Shown piece by piece: positions 21,401 through 33,484 of a DNA stretch of 64,000 bases. The notes beneath the pieces were generated by a model. That model did not search any database and was not told the DNA's origin. It was given only the letters and a program-made list of their open reading frames with translations. The translations under genes were made by a program, and so were the position numbers. This DNA comes from Rhodanobacter sp. GTDB lineage: Bacteria; Pseudomonadota; Gammaproteobacteria; Xanthomonadales; Rhodanobacteraceae. Positions within the stretch are counted from its first letter, which is position 1; the number at the start of each line of letters is the position of its first letter. Where the stretch lies: assembly GCA_040006415.1 (NCBI GenBank), contig JBDTXA010000004.1, positions 721-64,720 of the forward strand. The letters are read 5' to 3'.

Positions 21401-21639
21401 AGGGACGTCCGCATATCGTCGATCTGATCAAGAACGGCGAGATCGTCTATATCGTCAATACCACCGAAGGCAAGCAGGCCATCGCCGATTCGTTTTCGAT
21501 TCGTCGCGAGGCGTTGCAGCATCGTGTTACCTATTCCACCACCGTGGCCGGCGCGCGGGCACTGGTGCATTCGCTGGATTTCAGGGGCGATGGCGAAGTG
21601 CACAGCCTGCAGGAACTGCACAAGGAGTTGATCGCATGA
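18412..21639 (+). CDS. carB: Carbamoyl-phosphate synthase large subunit
   Basis: [22 protein letters not shown], two ATP-grasp domains, MGS domain. Confidence 0.99.
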   Translation: MPKRTDIKSILVIGAGPIVIGQACEFDYSGAQACKALKEEGYRVILVNSNPATIMTDPETAHAVYIEPINWQTVERIIAKERPDAVLPTMGGQTGLNCALELADNGVLEKYNVELIGAKREAIRMAEDRELFRIAMAEIGLDCPKAEIARTYEQALETQAKVGYPTVIRPSFTLGGSGGGIAYNREEFEAIVKHGLELSPVNEVLVEESVLGWKEFEMEVVRDTADNCIIVCSIENLDPMGVHTGDSITVAPAQTLTDKEYQRLRDASIAVLRKIGVDTGGSNVQFGINAEDGRVVVIEMNPRVSRSSALASKATGFPIAKIAAKLAVGYTLDELKNDITGGLTPASFEPSIDYVVTKIPRFAFEKFPTADARLTTQMKSVGEVMAIGRTFQESLQKALRGLEIGNTGLNPTGLDITTADGLATLKRELREPRPDRVFHLADAFRAGLSLEEVFKLSRVDPWFLAAFEDIVLTEAEIVAQGITALNEPRMRELKRLGFADARMAELLNTDEASVRHLRHTLNVRPVYKRVDSCAAEFATSTAYMYSTYEEECEAAPTDRDKIMVLGGGPNRIGQGIEFDYCCVHASLALREDGYETIMVNCNPETVSTDYDTSDRLYFEPLTLEDVLEIVHIEKPKGVIVQYGGQTPLKLARALEAAGVPIIGTSPDSIDLAEDRERFQQMIEKIGLKQPPNRTARNADEALALAREIGYPLVVRPSYVLGGRAMEVVHDDDDLSRYIRDAVKVSNDSPVLLDRFLDHAVEVDVDVIADAEGNVFIGGIMEHIEEAGVHSGDSSCSLPCYSLTAPIQDEMRRQVTAMARELKVIGLMNTQFAIQGDTVYILEVNPRASRTVPFVSKATGVPLAKIAARVMAGRSLASLGATKEVIPAYYSVKESIFPFLKFQNVDPILGPEMRSTGEVMGVGRSFGAAFARGHEAAGIRQPSVGKVFLSVRDGDKDRLLPVAREVIARGFNLVATSGTASYLAEHGVVCERVNKVLEGRPHIVDLIKNGEIVYIVNTTEGKQAIADSFSIRREALQHRVTYSTTVAGARALVHSLDFRGDGEVHSLQELHKELIA

Positions 21640-22112
21640 GTCGTCCACCCATTACCAAGACCGGATCCGAGCGTCTGCGCGGCGAACTGGAAAAGCTCAA
21701 GTTCGTCGATCGGCCGCGCATCATCGCCGCCATTGCCGAAGCGCGAGCGCATGGCGATCTGAAGGAGAATGCCGAGTATCACGCGGCCCGTGAGCAGCAG
21801 AGCTTCGCGGAAGGCCGCATCGGCCAATTGGAGAGCCTGCTCTCGAATGCCGAAGTGATCGACGTGACCAAGCTGAATCCTGGCGATCGTGTGGTGTTTG
21901 GTGCCACCGTCGAGCTGGAAGACGAAGACGCGGGCACGTCGGTGACGTATCAGATCGTTGGAGATCTGGAGGCCGACATCAAGCGACACATGATTGCCGT
22001 TTCTTCACCGATCGCCCGTGCCCTGATTGGAAGGAGCGCGGGTGACAGCATCGAGTTCACGGCACCCAACGGCGTCAAGCACTACGAAGTGATCAGCATC
22101 CGTTACGGATGA
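21636..22112 (+). CDS. greA: Transcription elongation factor GreA
   Basis: [25 protein letters not shown]. Confidence 0.98.
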   Translation: MSRPPITKTGSERLRGELEKLKFVDRPRIIAAIAEARAHGDLKENAEYHAAREQQSFAEGRIGQLESLLSNAEVIDVTKLNPGDRVVFGATVELEDEDAGTSVTYQIVGDLEADIKRHMIAVSSPIARALIGRSAGDSIEFTAPNGVKHYEVISIRYG

Positions 22113-22208
22113 ATGACTCGGGCTCGCTCCAGAAGGGATCGAGCCGATCCTCCACCGCAGCGATAAGGAGCCCCGGTGGGTCGCAGATCTCAGCGATGCA
22201 CGAACATG

Positions 22209-22234
22209 AAAAAGGCCGCTTTCGCGGCCTTTTT
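22209..22234. terminator. Bidirectional intrinsic terminator between greA and L36
   Basis: AAAAA-GGCCGC-TTTC-GCGGCC-TTTTT. Confidence 0.9.
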
Positions 22235-22256
22235 CCTACCCATCAGCAACGTAAAC

Positions 22257-22382
22257 TCAGCGCTGGCGAGCTTTGAAACGGGGATTGCTCTTGCAGATCA
22301 CGAAAACCTTGCCGCGACGACGGACAATCTTGCAATCGCGATGCCGCGCCTTGGCGGACTTCAAAGAGTTAAGCACCTTCAC
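22257..22382 (-). CDS. ykgO: 50S ribosomal protein L36, type B (Zn-independent); absent from the ORF track
   Basis: Manual translation [41 protein letters not shown] (41 aa); GTG start with AGGAG SD. Confidence 0.96.
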   Translation of the reverse strand: MKVLNSLKSAKARHRDCKIVRRRGKVFVICKSNPRFKARQR

Positions 22383-22443
22383 GGCCAGCTCCTGCCACTA
22401 AACGAAAATGTAAGCGTGCAAGTATAGCGACTGCGGGAAGTCA

Positions 22444-23355
22444 TCACAAGCTGGACGCAATGGCCGTTTCAGCTACCGTCACAAGAAACTGCTGCAGGGC
22501 AGGGGATGGGTCGTTGGCGCGGCAGGCTACGGCCAGAAGCAGGTAGGCATCGGAATCTTCCAATGCCACGTAACTTACGCCGGGCAGCCGAACCGCGCGC
22601 ATGCTGGCAGGAACCAGAGCAAGGCCCAATCCGGCAGCGACCAGGGCAAGGAGGCCATTGATTTGCTGGGCATGTTGCACGACGGAAGGCTGAAATCCCG
22701 CTTGCGTGGCAAGTTTTTCCAGTCGATCAAAAATGGTCGCGGCCAGCTCCCGCGGTTGCGAGACAAAAGAATCGGCGGCGACTTCCACCAACCGAATGCT
22801 GGTTCGGTGAGCCAATGGATGGCCAGAGGGCAGGGCAAGCAAAAGCGGCTCCCGATCCACGACGCTGAGTCGTAGTTCGCGCATATCCTGTACGTGCGTC
22901 GGTTCGCTGCGGACGAAACCCAGGTCGATTTCGCCCGATAGCAGCGCCGCGAATTGCGGCTCCGTATACATCTCGCTCAGTTTGAGCCGCACGTTCGGAG
23001 CAATCTGCCCGAAACGCAACAGCGCCTGTGGCAACGCCGGATGGAAAGATACCGATACGGTATAGGCGAGATGCAATTGGCCACTGTATCCGGCTGCGGA
23101 GGCGACGACCTGGCTGCGTGCCTCTTCTGCCTTCGCCAGAATCTGGCGTGCCTGCTCCAAAAACACACGACCCGGCTCGGTGAGAGCAACATGCCGCTTG
23201 GTTCGCTCCAGCAGCCGAACTCCCAGATCCTGTTCCAGTGAGCGAATCTGCTGGGACAGGGGCGGCTGTGAGAGATGCAGGCGCAGCGCGGCTCGCGTGA
23301 AGCTGAGCTCCTCTGCAACGGCGACGAAGTAGCGTAGCTGGCGCAAGTCGAACAT
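22444..23355 (-). CDS. LysR-family transcriptional regulator
   Basis: MFDLRQLRYFVAVAEELSFTRAA.RL..SQPPLS.QI..LE HTH plus substrate-binding domain. Confidence 0.96.
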   Translation of the reverse strand: MFDLRQLRYFVAVAEELSFTRAALRLHLSQPPLSQQIRSLEQDLGVRLLERTKRHVALTEPGRVFLEQARQILAKAEEARSQVVASAAGYSGQLHLAYTVSVSFHPALPQALLRFGQIAPNVRLKLSEMYTEPQFAALLSGEIDLGFVRSEPTHVQDMRELRLSVVDREPLLLALPSGHPLAHRTSIRLVEVAADSFVSQPRELAATIFDRLEKLATQAGFQPSVVQHAQQINGLLALVAAGLGLALVPASMRAVRLPGVSYVALEDSDAYLLLAVACRANDPSPALQQFLVTVAETAIASSL

Positions 23356-23357
23356 AT

Positions 23358-23423
23358 ATATGTTTTTCGAATTAGTTGTGGCGTAAATATATATTAGATA
23401 CTTTAACGCATCGATCATAAAAT
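23358..23423 (+). promoter_or_regulatory. LysR T-N11-A site and divergent sigma-70 promoter
   Basis: ATA-TGTTTTTCG-AAT (23358-23372); -35 TAGATA (23395-23400), 17-nt spacer, -10 TAAAAT (23418-23423). Confidence 0.65.
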
Positions 23424-23429
23424 CTGGCT

Positions 23430-23602
23430 CGTCCCGTCACTTTCCTCCCCCCCCTAGTGGCGGCGACCTCGCTCCGCAGCGACGCTAAACACGATGTCTG
23501 GTTCAACTCCCCTCCGAGCCCACATTGATGCGTCTTCCTGCGGGGCGTTTTATTTGAAAACAACAACGCCGTGGCCTTCAATGCCGCGGCGTTGTTGTTT
23601 TC
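23430..23602 (+). ncRNA. Candidate LysR-controlled small RNA with C-rich loops
   Basis: Hairpins GTCACT-[TTCCTCCCCCCCCT]-AGTGGC and GGTTC-[AACTCCCCTCC]-GAGCC lie between a promoter and a terminator; no credible ORF. Confidence 0.55.
23556..23602. terminator. Long hairpin terminator, probably bidirectional (sRNA and fadH)
   Basis: GAAAACAACAACGCCGTGGC...GCCGCGGCGTTGTTGTTTTC, a 20-bp stem with one G-U pair. Confidence 0.8.
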
Positions 23603-23618
23603 GCCCGCATGAGCGGAT

Positions 23619-25721
<2,103 letters not shown>

Positions 25722-25979
25722 TCAAGACAGCAGTTGATTCACCAAGGCAATGTAGCGCTGCATGGCTTCGTCCTCTCCAACCCCGTTCAATTGCATCCAT
25801 GCTTCGTGCTTGGCGGTTCCGACAAAGTCGAAGAATCCTGGCTGGGTCCGCCGCAAGTCCCCTTCCGAACCTTGCTTGTACAAGGCATACAGCTTCAGCA
25901 GTGTGTCGTTGTCGGGACGATCACCCAGTTGCTGGATGTCCTGGGCGGCTTGCTCGAACCTGTGGCGGAGATCAGTCAT
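25722..25979 (-). CDS. Acyl-CoA-binding protein
   Basis: LLKLYALYKQG..GD, PG.FD....AK.EAW..L.G....EAMQRYI. Confidence 0.95.
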   Translation of the reverse strand: MTDLRHRFEQAAQDIQQLGDRPDNDTLLKLYALYKQGSEGDLRRTQPGFFDFVGTAKHEAWMQLNGVGEDEAMQRYIALVNQLLS

Positions 25980-26089
25980 AAGGCAGTTCGGGCTCGACTT
26001 GCATGCTAGGGAGTTCGGCTAGATAGCACGCGTCCCCCATGGGGTCAACGCGTTAAACTCCCGCCCTCGCCATCACGACAGGACTCGCC

Positions 26090-26770
26090 ATGACGCATGC
26101 CCACACCATTCCGGTGCTCACGATTGACGGGCCTTCCGGGTCGGGCAAGGGCACCATCAGCGCCCTCGTAGCCAAGCGGCTGGGCTGGCGCCTGCTGGAC
26201 TCTGGCGCCCTCTATCGCGCCGTGGGCTATGCCGCAGGCACGGCCGGACTGGACCTTTCCGATGTCGATGCAGTGACCCGCTGTGCCGAGGCAACAAAGA
26301 TCCGGTTTCGGGCGGTCGAGGACGGTGGCGAGACGAGGGTGATCGTCAATGGGCATGACGCTACCGACGAATTGCGTACCGAAACGGCGGGCGCCGCCGC
26401 GTCGGCGATCGCTTCGATGCCGTCGGTGCGTGAGGCGTTGGTGGCTCTGCAACTGGGCTTTCGCAAGTCACCAGGTCTGGTCGCAGATGGCCGAGATATG
26501 GGTACGGTCATCTTCCCCGACGCATCGTTCAAGGTTTTCCTCACCGCCAGCGCCGCCGAAAGGGCGAAAAGGCGCTATAAGCAGTTGAAGGCAAAGGGAC
26601 TCAGCGTTACACTGGGCGGCCTTCAGCGTGAAATTGAAGCGCGTGACCACCGAGATGCATCGCGGTCAGTCGCTCCGCTCAGGCCTGCCGATGACGCTTT
26701 GCTGGTGGACACCACCGGCATCGCGATCGAAGAGGTGGTCGCTAAAGTTTTTGCCGTCGTGCAGCCCTGA
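26090..26770 (+). CDS. cmk: Cytidylate kinase
   Basis: [30 protein letters not shown]. Confidence 0.98.
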   Translation: MTHAHTIPVLTIDGPSGSGKGTISALVAKRLGWRLLDSGALYRAVGYAAGTAGLDLSDVDAVTRCAEATKIRFRAVEDGGETRVIVNGHDATDELRTETAGAAASAIASMPSVREALVALQLGFRKSPGLVADGRDMGTVIFPDASFKVFLTASAAERAKRRYKQLKAKGLSVTLGGLQREIEARDHRDASRSVAPLRPADDALLVDTTGIAIEEVVAKVFAVVQP

Positions 26771-26947
26771 TCGGGTTGGATGATGGTTTTTGAGCTCCTG
26801 CCTCGGCAGGGGATTTTGGCCAACGGTGACTACTGGTCGGTTCCTCGGAACCTCCTGAAACACCCTCAACCGGTGGATCGTGAAGTTCGTGCGCAACCCT
26901 AAAGACAAGCGCAACGGACAACGATCTTTTCCCACTATGGAATCAAC

Positions 26948-28621
26948 ATGACTGAAAGTTTTGCCGAACTGTTTGAACAGAGCCAACAGGCTATCTCCAA
27001 GCTGAAGCCCGGCGCCATCGTCACCGGCATCGTTGTGGAAATCCGCAATGACGTCGTCGTGATCAACGCCGGCCTGAAGAGCGAAGGCATCGTCCCGATC
27101 GAGCAGTTCAAGGACGAGCAGGGCGTGATGGAAGTGCAGGTTGGCGACGAGGTGAAGGTAGCCCTCGAAGCTTTGGAAGACGGGTTCGGCGAAACCAAGC
27201 TGTCGCGCGAGAAGGCCAAGCGCTCGATGGTGTGGGACGACCTGGAGCAGGCGTTCGACAAGGAAGAGACCATCGTCGGCATGATTTCCGGCAAGGTCAA
27301 GGGTGGTTTCACCGTCGACATCAAGGACGTCCGCGCATTCCTGCCGGGCTCGCTGGTCGACGTGCGTCCGGTGCGCGACCCGTCGTACCTCGAGGGCAAG
27401 GAACTCGAGTTCAAGATCATCAAGCTCGATCGCAAGCGCAACAACGTGGTGGTCAGCCGCCGCGCCGTTGTCGAGACCGAGTTCTCCGAGGAGCGCGAGC
27501 AGCTGCTCGAGCGCCTGACCGAGGGTGCCGTCGTCAAGGGTGTGGTCAAGAACCTCACCGATTACGGCGCATTCGTGGACCTGGGCGGCATCGACGGCCT
27601 GCTGCACATCACCGACATGGCGTGGAAGCGTGTGCGTCATCCGTCCGAAGTGGTCAACGTCGGCGACGAGCTGGACGTGCGCGTGCTGAAGTACGACAAG
27701 GAGCGCAACCGCGTTTCGCTGGGCCTGAAGCAGCTGGGCGACGACCCGTGGGTCGCCATTGCCCGCCGTTATCCGGTCGGCAGCCGCCTGTTCGGCAAGG
27801 TCTCCAACGTCACCGATTACGGCTGCTTCGTCGAGATCGAGCCGGGCGTGGAAGGCCTGGTGCACGTGTCCGAGATGGACTGGACCAACAAGAACGTCAA
27901 CCCGGCCAAGGTGGTTCAGGTCGGTGATGAAACCGAAGTCACCGTGCTGGACGTGGACGAGGAGCGTCGCCGCATCTCGCTGGGTATCAAGCAGACCCGC
28001 TCGAACCCGTGGGAAGCCTTCGCAGCGATGCACAAGAAGGGCGACAAGGTTTCCGGCCAGATCAAGTCGATCACCGATTTCGGTGTGTTCATCGGCCTGG
28101 ATGGCGGCATCGATGGCTTGGTCCATCTGTCCGACATCTCCTGGCAGGTGACCGGCGAAGAGCTGGTTCGCGACTTCAAGAAGGGCGAAGAGATCGAGGC
28201 TGTGGTGCTGGCCGTTGATCCGGAACGTGAGCGCATCTCGCTGGGTATCAAGCAGATGGAGCAGGACCCGTTCGGTCAGTTCATGGCGGCTAACCCGCGT
28301 GGCACGATCGTCAACGGTACCGTCAAGGAAGTCGACGCCAAGGGTGCAGTGATTGACCTGGGTGAAGGCGTTGAGGGTTACCTGCGTGCAAACGACATCG
28401 CCAAGGAGCGGATCGAGGATGCGACGCTGCATCTGAAGGTCGGCGACGCGGTCGAAGCCAAGTTCACCGGCATGGATCGCAAGGGTCGCCAGCTGGCACT
28501 CTCGATCCGCGCTAAGGATGAGGAAGATGCTCCGGATGCGGCCGCGGACTATTCGTCGGCAGCCAGTGGCACCACCAAGCTTGGCGCGCTACTGAAAGAG
28601 CAGCTCAACAAGGCCGACTGA
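26948..28621 (+). CDS. rpsA: 30S ribosomal protein S1
   Basis: [10 protein letters not shown], six S1 repeats, strong codon bias. Confidence 0.99.
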   Translation: MTESFAELFEQSQQAISKLKPGAIVTGIVVEIRNDVVVINAGLKSEGIVPIEQFKDEQGVMEVQVGDEVKVALEALEDGFGETKLSREKAKRSMVWDDLEQAFDKEETIVGMISGKVKGGFTVDIKDVRAFLPGSLVDVRPVRDPSYLEGKELEFKIIKLDRKRNNVVVSRRAVVETEFSEEREQLLERLTEGAVVKGVVKNLTDYGAFVDLGGIDGLLHITDMAWKRVRHPSEVVNVGDELDVRVLKYDKERNRVSLGLKQLGDDPWVAIARRYPVGSRLFGKVSNVTDYGCFVEIEPGVEGLVHVSEMDWTNKNVNPAKVVQVGDETEVTVLDVDEERRRISLGIKQTRSNPWEAFAAMHKKGDKVSGQIKSITDFGVFIGLDGGIDGLVHLSDISWQVTGEELVRDFKKGEEIEAVVLAVDPERERISLGIKQMEQDPFGQFMAANPRGTIVNGTVKEVDAKGAVIDLGEGVEGYLRANDIAKERIEDATLHLKVGDAVEAKFTGMDRKGRQLALSIRAKDEEDAPDAAADYSSAASGTTKLGALLKEQLNKAD

Positions 28622-28639
28622 TCTAGAGCAACACCTGAT

Positions 28640-28670
28640 GTGGGGCGGCAATTCGCCGCCCCACTGTTTT
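28640..28670 (+). terminator. Terminator after rpsA
   Basis: GTGGGGCGGC-AATTC-GCCGCCCCAC-TGTTTT. Confidence 0.8.
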
Positions 28671-28692
28671 ACGTCACGGACATTGGGGTCCC

Positions 28693-28995
28693 ATGACCAA
28701 ATCCGAATTGATCGAAGCGCTGGCGAGGCGCCAGACTCATCTTGCGTTTGCGGACGTCGAGATGGCAGTCAAGAGCGTGATCGAGCAGATGAGCCACGCG
28801 TTGGCTCATGGTGAGCGCATCGAGGTGCGGGGGTTTGGCAGCTTTGCGCTGCATTACCGTCCACCGCGCATGGGTCGCAATCCCAAGACGGGAGAAGCGG
28901 TGGCGTTGCCAGGCAAGCATGTTCCGCATTTCAAGCCAGGCAAGGAATTGCGCGAGCGCGTGAATCTCGATCTGGAGCAGCAGACGGTCGCTTGA
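28693..28995 (+). CDS. ihfB: Integration host factor beta
   Basis: [37 protein letters not shown]. Confidence 0.98.
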   Translation: MTKSELIEALARRQTHLAFADVEMAVKSVIEQMSHALAHGERIEVRGFGSFALHYRPPRMGRNPKTGEAVALPGKHVPHFKPGKELRERVNLDLEQQTVA

Positions 28996-29017
28996 CCCGA
29001 GGCTGGATCGTTGGACG

Positions 29018-29053
29018 AAGGCAGGCGACGCGAGTCGTTCCTGCCTTTTCTTT
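29018..29053 (+). terminator. Terminator after ihfB
   Basis: AAGGCAGG...CCTGCCTT-TTCTTT. Confidence 0.65.
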
Positions 29054-29152
29054 GTGTCGATGTCGAGAAGTTTCAAGGCAGACATGAATCGTCTGCGCGC
29101 CAATAGGCGCTGGCGCCTGTGCCTGCTCTGACCAATCGGGTAAAGTCCCTGC

Positions 29153-29410
29153 ATGCGACTACTCGTTATCATCTTTCTCGTGATTTTCATCGCCGCCGGC
29201 GTCGTGCTGGGCGCGCTCAATGCCGATCTGATCAGTTACGATCTCGCCTTCATCCAGGTGCAATTGCCCAAGGGTGCGGCCCTGCTCGGAGCGGTCGTCA
29301 TCGGTTGGTTGCTGGGAGGAGTCACGGCATGGCTCGGCGTCAGCTCGCGTCACCATCGTCGACGTCGTGAACAATTGCGTACCGAAAAGAAGCTCTCGGC
29401 CAAGCCATGA
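29153..29410 (+). CDS. lapA: LPS assembly protein LapA-like
   Basis: Two TM segments with a basic tail; conserved position between ihfB and lapB. Confidence 0.8.
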   Translation: MRLLVIIFLVIFIAAGVVLGALNADLISYDLAFIQVQLPKGAALLGAVVIGWLLGGVTAWLGVSSRHHRRRREQLRTEKKLSAKP

Positions 29411-30579
29411 ATCCTCTGTATTTGCTGGTGCTGCTGGTGCCAGTGGCATTCGCTCTTGGCTGGCGGGCCTCGCGTTATATGGGAGCCCGCCGTTCCGGTG
29501 CCGAAGTCAGTGAACTGTCCTCGGACTATTTTCGCGGCCTGAACTACCTCCTCAATGAGGAGCAGGACAAGGCGATCGAGGTTTTTCTCAAGCTGGCCGA
29601 GTACAACCGCGATACGGTGGAGACGCACCTCGCCTTGGGCAATCTATTCCGACGCCGGGGTGAAGTGGATCGGGCGATCCGCCTGCATCAACACCTGGTT
29701 TCGAGGCCTGGTTTATCCGAGGCGACGAAGACCGTGGCGTTGTTGGAGTTGGGGGAGGATTACATGCGGGCAGGGTTGCTGGATCGCGCCGAAGCGCTGT
29801 TTTGCGATCTCGTCGCCATGAATGCGCACGCGCCTTCCGCCCTGCGTCACCTGGTCGGCATTTACCAGCACGAGCGGGATTGGCATGACGCGATTGTTCA
29901 TGCCCGGCGGCTGGAGGTGATGACCGGCGAGGACGAAACGCCGATGATTGCCCAATTTTATTGCGAACTGGCGGATCGTTCACGTCAGCATGGTGCACGT
30001 GCCGAGGCCCGCGAATATCTGGCCCAGGCATTCGAGTGTCAACCCAATTGTGTGCGGGCATTCATGCTCACCGGCGGCCTGCACTCCGAAGATGGGCATC
30101 ACGAAGAAGCCGTCGTGGCCTACGAGGAAGCGATCCGGGCCGACATGGCATTCACGCCGCAAATTCTGCCTCCCTTGCTCAATAGCTACGCACGGTCTCA
30201 GCAGATGGATCGCGCCGAGAAATTTCTGCGTGAGTTACTCGAACGCTATCATGGGGTTTCGCCTGTTTTGGCTTTGACCCACCTCTACAGGCAGCGTGAC
30301 GGGGAACGTGTAGCTATCGAATTTCTGACCGCACAGCTTCGCCAACGTCCCTCGGTTCGTGGCCTGATGGCTCTTATTGATGCCACCATGGACAAGATCG
30401 ACGGTGAAGCCAGGGAAAATTTCCTGATTCTCCGGGACCTCACCCGGAAGTTGCTTGAGGGGCAGGCAATGTATCGTTGCTCACGCTGCGGATTCGGGGC
30501 GAAGGCGCATCACTGGCAGTGCCCCAGTTGCAAGAGCTGGGGCACGATCCGGCCTATTCACGGCGTCGCCAGCGAGTAA
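29407..30579 (+). CDS. lapB: LPS assembly protein LapB
   Basis: N-terminal TM, GLNYLL..QDKAI, TPRs, rubredoxin CSRC...CPSC. Confidence 0.96.
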   Translation: MNPLYLLVLLVPVAFALGWRASRYMGARRSGAEVSELSSDYFRGLNYLLNEEQDKAIEVFLKLAEYNRDTVETHLALGNLFRRRGEVDRAIRLHQHLVSRPGLSEATKTVALLELGEDYMRAGLLDRAEALFCDLVAMNAHAPSALRHLVGIYQHERDWHDAIVHARRLEVMTGEDETPMIAQFYCELADRSRQHGARAEAREYLAQAFECQPNCVRAFMLTGGLHSEDGHHEEAVVAYEEAIRADMAFTPQILPPLLNSYARSQQMDRAEKFLRELLERYHGVSPVLALTHLYRQRDGERVAIEFLTAQLRQRPSVRGLMALIDATMDKIDGEARENFLILRDLTRKLLEGQAMYRCSRCGFGAKAHHWQCPSCKSWGTIRPIHGVASE

Positions 30580-30582
30580 GCC

Positions 30583-31599
30583 ATGATTCAAACGACCATC
30601 GGATGGTTACTGGGCAGTTTTCTAATCACGGTTCTTGTGGTGCGCGGTGCGATCGGCTACGCCCATCGCCGCGGCATGCTCGATCGTCCCGGACATCGCC
30701 GGTCGCATGTCACGGCCACGCCACGTGGAGGCGGGATCGGCATTGTCGTTGCAGTGCTGGTTTGCCTGCCCGGCGTGCTGCGGCAAGGATATTCCATGAG
30801 CCTTGTTGCCAGCCTGGTGGCAGCAATTGTCCTGGTGGCAGGTGCCGGCTGGTGGGACGACCATCGTTCGCTGCCGGTCCTTCCAAGGCTGGGGGCGCAG
30901 TTGCTGGCGGTCACGCTGTTCTCGATGGGGCTTCTGGGCGCCGACCTTACCTGGTGGTGGTTGCCACCCTTGGTGCTCGCCGGCACATGGAGCATCAATT
31001 TGCACAATTTCATGGACGGTATTGACGGACTGCTAGCGCTTCAGGTGATTTTTGTGACGGCAGGCATGGCGGTGATGGCATTGGCTGCCCGGCAGCCAGC
31101 GCTCAGCGCGGCTGCAGCCATCATCTGCGTAGCGGCTTTTGGTTTTTGGTGCTACAACCGTTCGCCTGCGCGAATCTTCATGGGCGATGTGGGTAGCGGG
31201 ACCGTCGGTTTTCTGATCTACGCGTTGAGCGCTCTGCTCTGGCGGGTGGATCATGCCCTCCTGTGGCCGGTCTTGATCCTGTCGTCTTCATTCGTCGCTG
31301 ACGCAACCTTGACGCTACTTGCACGGCTATGGCACGGGCGCCGCTGGTACACTGCTCATCGCGAACACCTGTATCAGTGGGAAGTGCGTTGCGGGAGGTC
31401 GCATGCTTGGGTGAGTGGGGGATACTTGTGCTGGAATCTGCTGTTTGTCCTGCCGCTGTCCTGGTTTGCCTGGAGTCATCTGCGCCTCGCGCTCCCCACT
31501 ACTATAGGTGTCTATCTGGGTGCGGTGGCGGTGTGGCTCTTGCTCAAACGCCATTGCCTTCGACACCCGCTGCGCAAGGCAAACCATGCTGCTTCGTAA
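30583..31599 (+). CDS. MraY/WecA-like (GT4) polyprenyl-phosphate HexNAc-1-P transferase
   Basis: TPRGGG, WDDH, NFMDGIDG, IFMGDVGS, HREHLYQ. Confidence 0.9.
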   Translation: MIQTTIGWLLGSFLITVLVVRGAIGYAHRRGMLDRPGHRRSHVTATPRGGGIGIVVAVLVCLPGVLRQGYSMSLVASLVAAIVLVAGAGWWDDHRSLPVLPRLGAQLLAVTLFSMGLLGADLTWWWLPPLVLAGTWSINLHNFMDGIDGLLALQVIFVTAGMAVMALAARQPALSAAAAIICVAAFGFWCYNRSPARIFMGDVGSGTVGFLIYALSALLWRVDHALLWPVLILSSSFVADATLTLLARLWHGRRWYTAHREHLYQWEVRCGRSHAWVSGGYLCWNLLFVLPLSWFAWSHLRLALPTTIGVYLGAVAVWLLLKRHCLRHPLRKANHAAS

Positions 31600-33484
31600 A
31601 TTTGTAGGTTTCATCCATCCTCGCATCGCTGTCGTGCTTCACGACCTCGTGGTGGCGGCACTTGCCTGGTGGATTGCCAAGATGCTGCGCTACGCGCTGA
31701 AACCTGACGAAATCGTCAGTTTCCAGATGTGGGAGTTTCCGGTCGTCTTGATGGTGCAGGGGTTGATCTTCCGCTGGACGGGTCTGTACAAGAGCGTCTG
31801 GCGCTTTGCCAGCTTGCCGGATCTGTGGAATATCGTTCGTGCGGTCGCGGCAGGCGCGGTTGCCATTTATGTGGCGTTGTTTCTTTACGACCGGCTGGAT
31901 GGGGTTCCGCGCTCGGTATTGCTTCTCTATCCCGGCATTCTGGCGGTACTGCTGGGTGCGCCCCGATTAGCCTATCGATACTGGAAGGACAGTCGCAACG
32001 ACCTGCTGCACAATCAGTCGGTAAAGCGGGTGCTGATCGTGGGTGCGGACAGAGCCGGCGAAATACTCTCGCGCGACCTTCATCGCGACAACCGCTACGT
32101 TGTGGTCGGGTTCGTGGACGACAAGCCGAGTCTGCGCGGTGCCAGCATCAACGGAAGCCCGGTTTTGGGACGGTTCGATCAATTGCCGGATGTGGCCCGG
32201 GAAGCTTCCGTCAACATGTTGCTGATCGCCTTGCCAGGAGCTTCAACCACCGAAATGCGACGCGTGGTCGCGTTGTGCGATGCGACCGATCTGCCGTACC
32301 GCACCGTCCCCCGGCTGGAAGACGTTGTAGCTGGCAGGGCGCATTTCAACGAGATCAAGGAAGTCGCCATCGAGGACCTACTCGGCCGGGATACGGTTGA
32401 ACTTGATTGGACGGCTATCCGGGAGACTCTCAGCGCACGAAGGGTTCTGGTCACCGGCGGCGGCGGCTCGATAGGCTCGGAGCTGTGCCGACAGGTGGCG
32501 CGACTTGGTGCGCACTCCCTCATCGTGGTGGAGCAAAGTGAGTACAACCTCTATCGAATTACACAGGAGCTGCGCGCTGATTTCCCCGAGCTGATCCTCG
32601 AAGGGATTCTCGCCAATTGCGGGGATGTTGCAGCCATGCGAAAAGCGTTCGAGGAAGCCCAGCCGCAGGTCGTGTTTCACGCTGCCGCGTACAAGCATGT
32701 GCCCATGCTGCAAGGGCAGCTGCGCAGTGCCTTCAACAATAATGTGCTGGGGACCCGGATCGTTGCAGATGCTGCGCGAAACTTCGGGGTTGAGTGCTTC
32801 GTGCTCATATCGACCGACAAGGCGGTCAACCCGACCAGCGTGATGGGCGCCTGCAAACGGATCGCCGAGATCTACTGCCAGAACCTCAATGCCCATGCCG
32901 ATACCCGCTTCATGACGGTACGTTTCGGCAATGTGCTCGATTCCGCCGGCTCGGTGGTGCCGCTGTTTCGTCGGCAGATTCGCGAGGGTGGTCCGGTAAC
33001 CGTGACGCATCCGGAAATATCACGCTATTTCATGACGATCCCGGAAGCCTGTCAGCTTATCTTGCAGACGGCCAGTATTGGTCAGGGTGGCGAGATTTTT
33101 GCCCTCGACATGGGCGAGCCAGTGAAAATCCGCGATCTTGCCGAGCAGATGATTCGTCTCGCTGGCAAGAAGCCTGGTAGTGAAATTCCGATCGTTTACA
33201 CGGGTTTGCGTTCCGGCGAAAAGCTGTTTGAGGAATTGTTCCATCCGCTTGAAAACTACCGTGCCACTGCACACGCCAAGATATTCCTCGCGCAGCATCG
33301 CGAGGTTTCGTGGGAGTTGTTGCTGGCGTTGCTTAACAAGTCCGTCGACGCTGTCGCGGATTTCAATGAAGAAGAACTTCGTCGCTGCGTTTCCAATCTT
33401 TTGCCCTCTTTTCGCTGGAGTGAAGCGGCACAGCCGGACAACGTGGTCTCGATTCGCCGCATCAACCCGGAGGTTAGTGAGTGA
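31586..33484 (+). CDS. Membrane nucleotide-sugar 4,6-dehydratase (PglF/WbpM/CapD family)
   Basis: N-terminal TMs, TGGGGSIGSE, HAAAYKHVP, STDKAVNP, MGACK, VRFGNVL. Confidence 0.92.
   Translation: MLLRKFVGFIHPRIAVVLHDLVVAALAWWIAKMLRYALKPDEIVSFQMWEFPVVLMVQGLIFRWTGLYKSVWRFASLPDLWNIVRAVAAGAVAIYVALFLYDRLDGVPRSVLLLYPGILAVLLGAPRLAYRYWKDSRNDLLHNQSVKRVLIVGADRAGEILSRDLHRDNRYVVVGFVDDKPSLRGASINGSPVLGRFDQLPDVAREASVNMLLIALPGASTTEMRRVVALCDATDLPYRTVPRLEDVVAGRAHFNEIKEVAIEDLLGRDTVELDWTAIRETLSARRVLVTGGGGSIGSELCRQVARLGAHSLIVVEQSEYNLYRITQELRADFPELILEGILANCGDVAAMRKAFEEAQPQVVFHAAAYKHVPMLQGQLRSAFNNNVLGTRIVADAARNFGVECFVLISTDKAVNPTSVMGACKRIAEIYCQNLNAHADTRFMTVRFGNVLDSAGSVVPLFRRQIREGGPVTVTHPEISRYFMTIPEACQLILQTASIGQGGEIFALDMGEPVKIRDLAEQMIRLAGKKPGSEIPIVYTGLRSGEKLFEELFHPLENYRATAHAKIFLAQHREVSWELLLALLNKSVDAVADFNEEELRRCVSNLLPSFRWSEAAQPDNVVSIRRINPEVSE

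Noticed and set aside
22280-22283. Possible frameshift in the G-run of L36
   Set aside because: Recounting gives four G residues, so the frame is intact (N-P-R-F).
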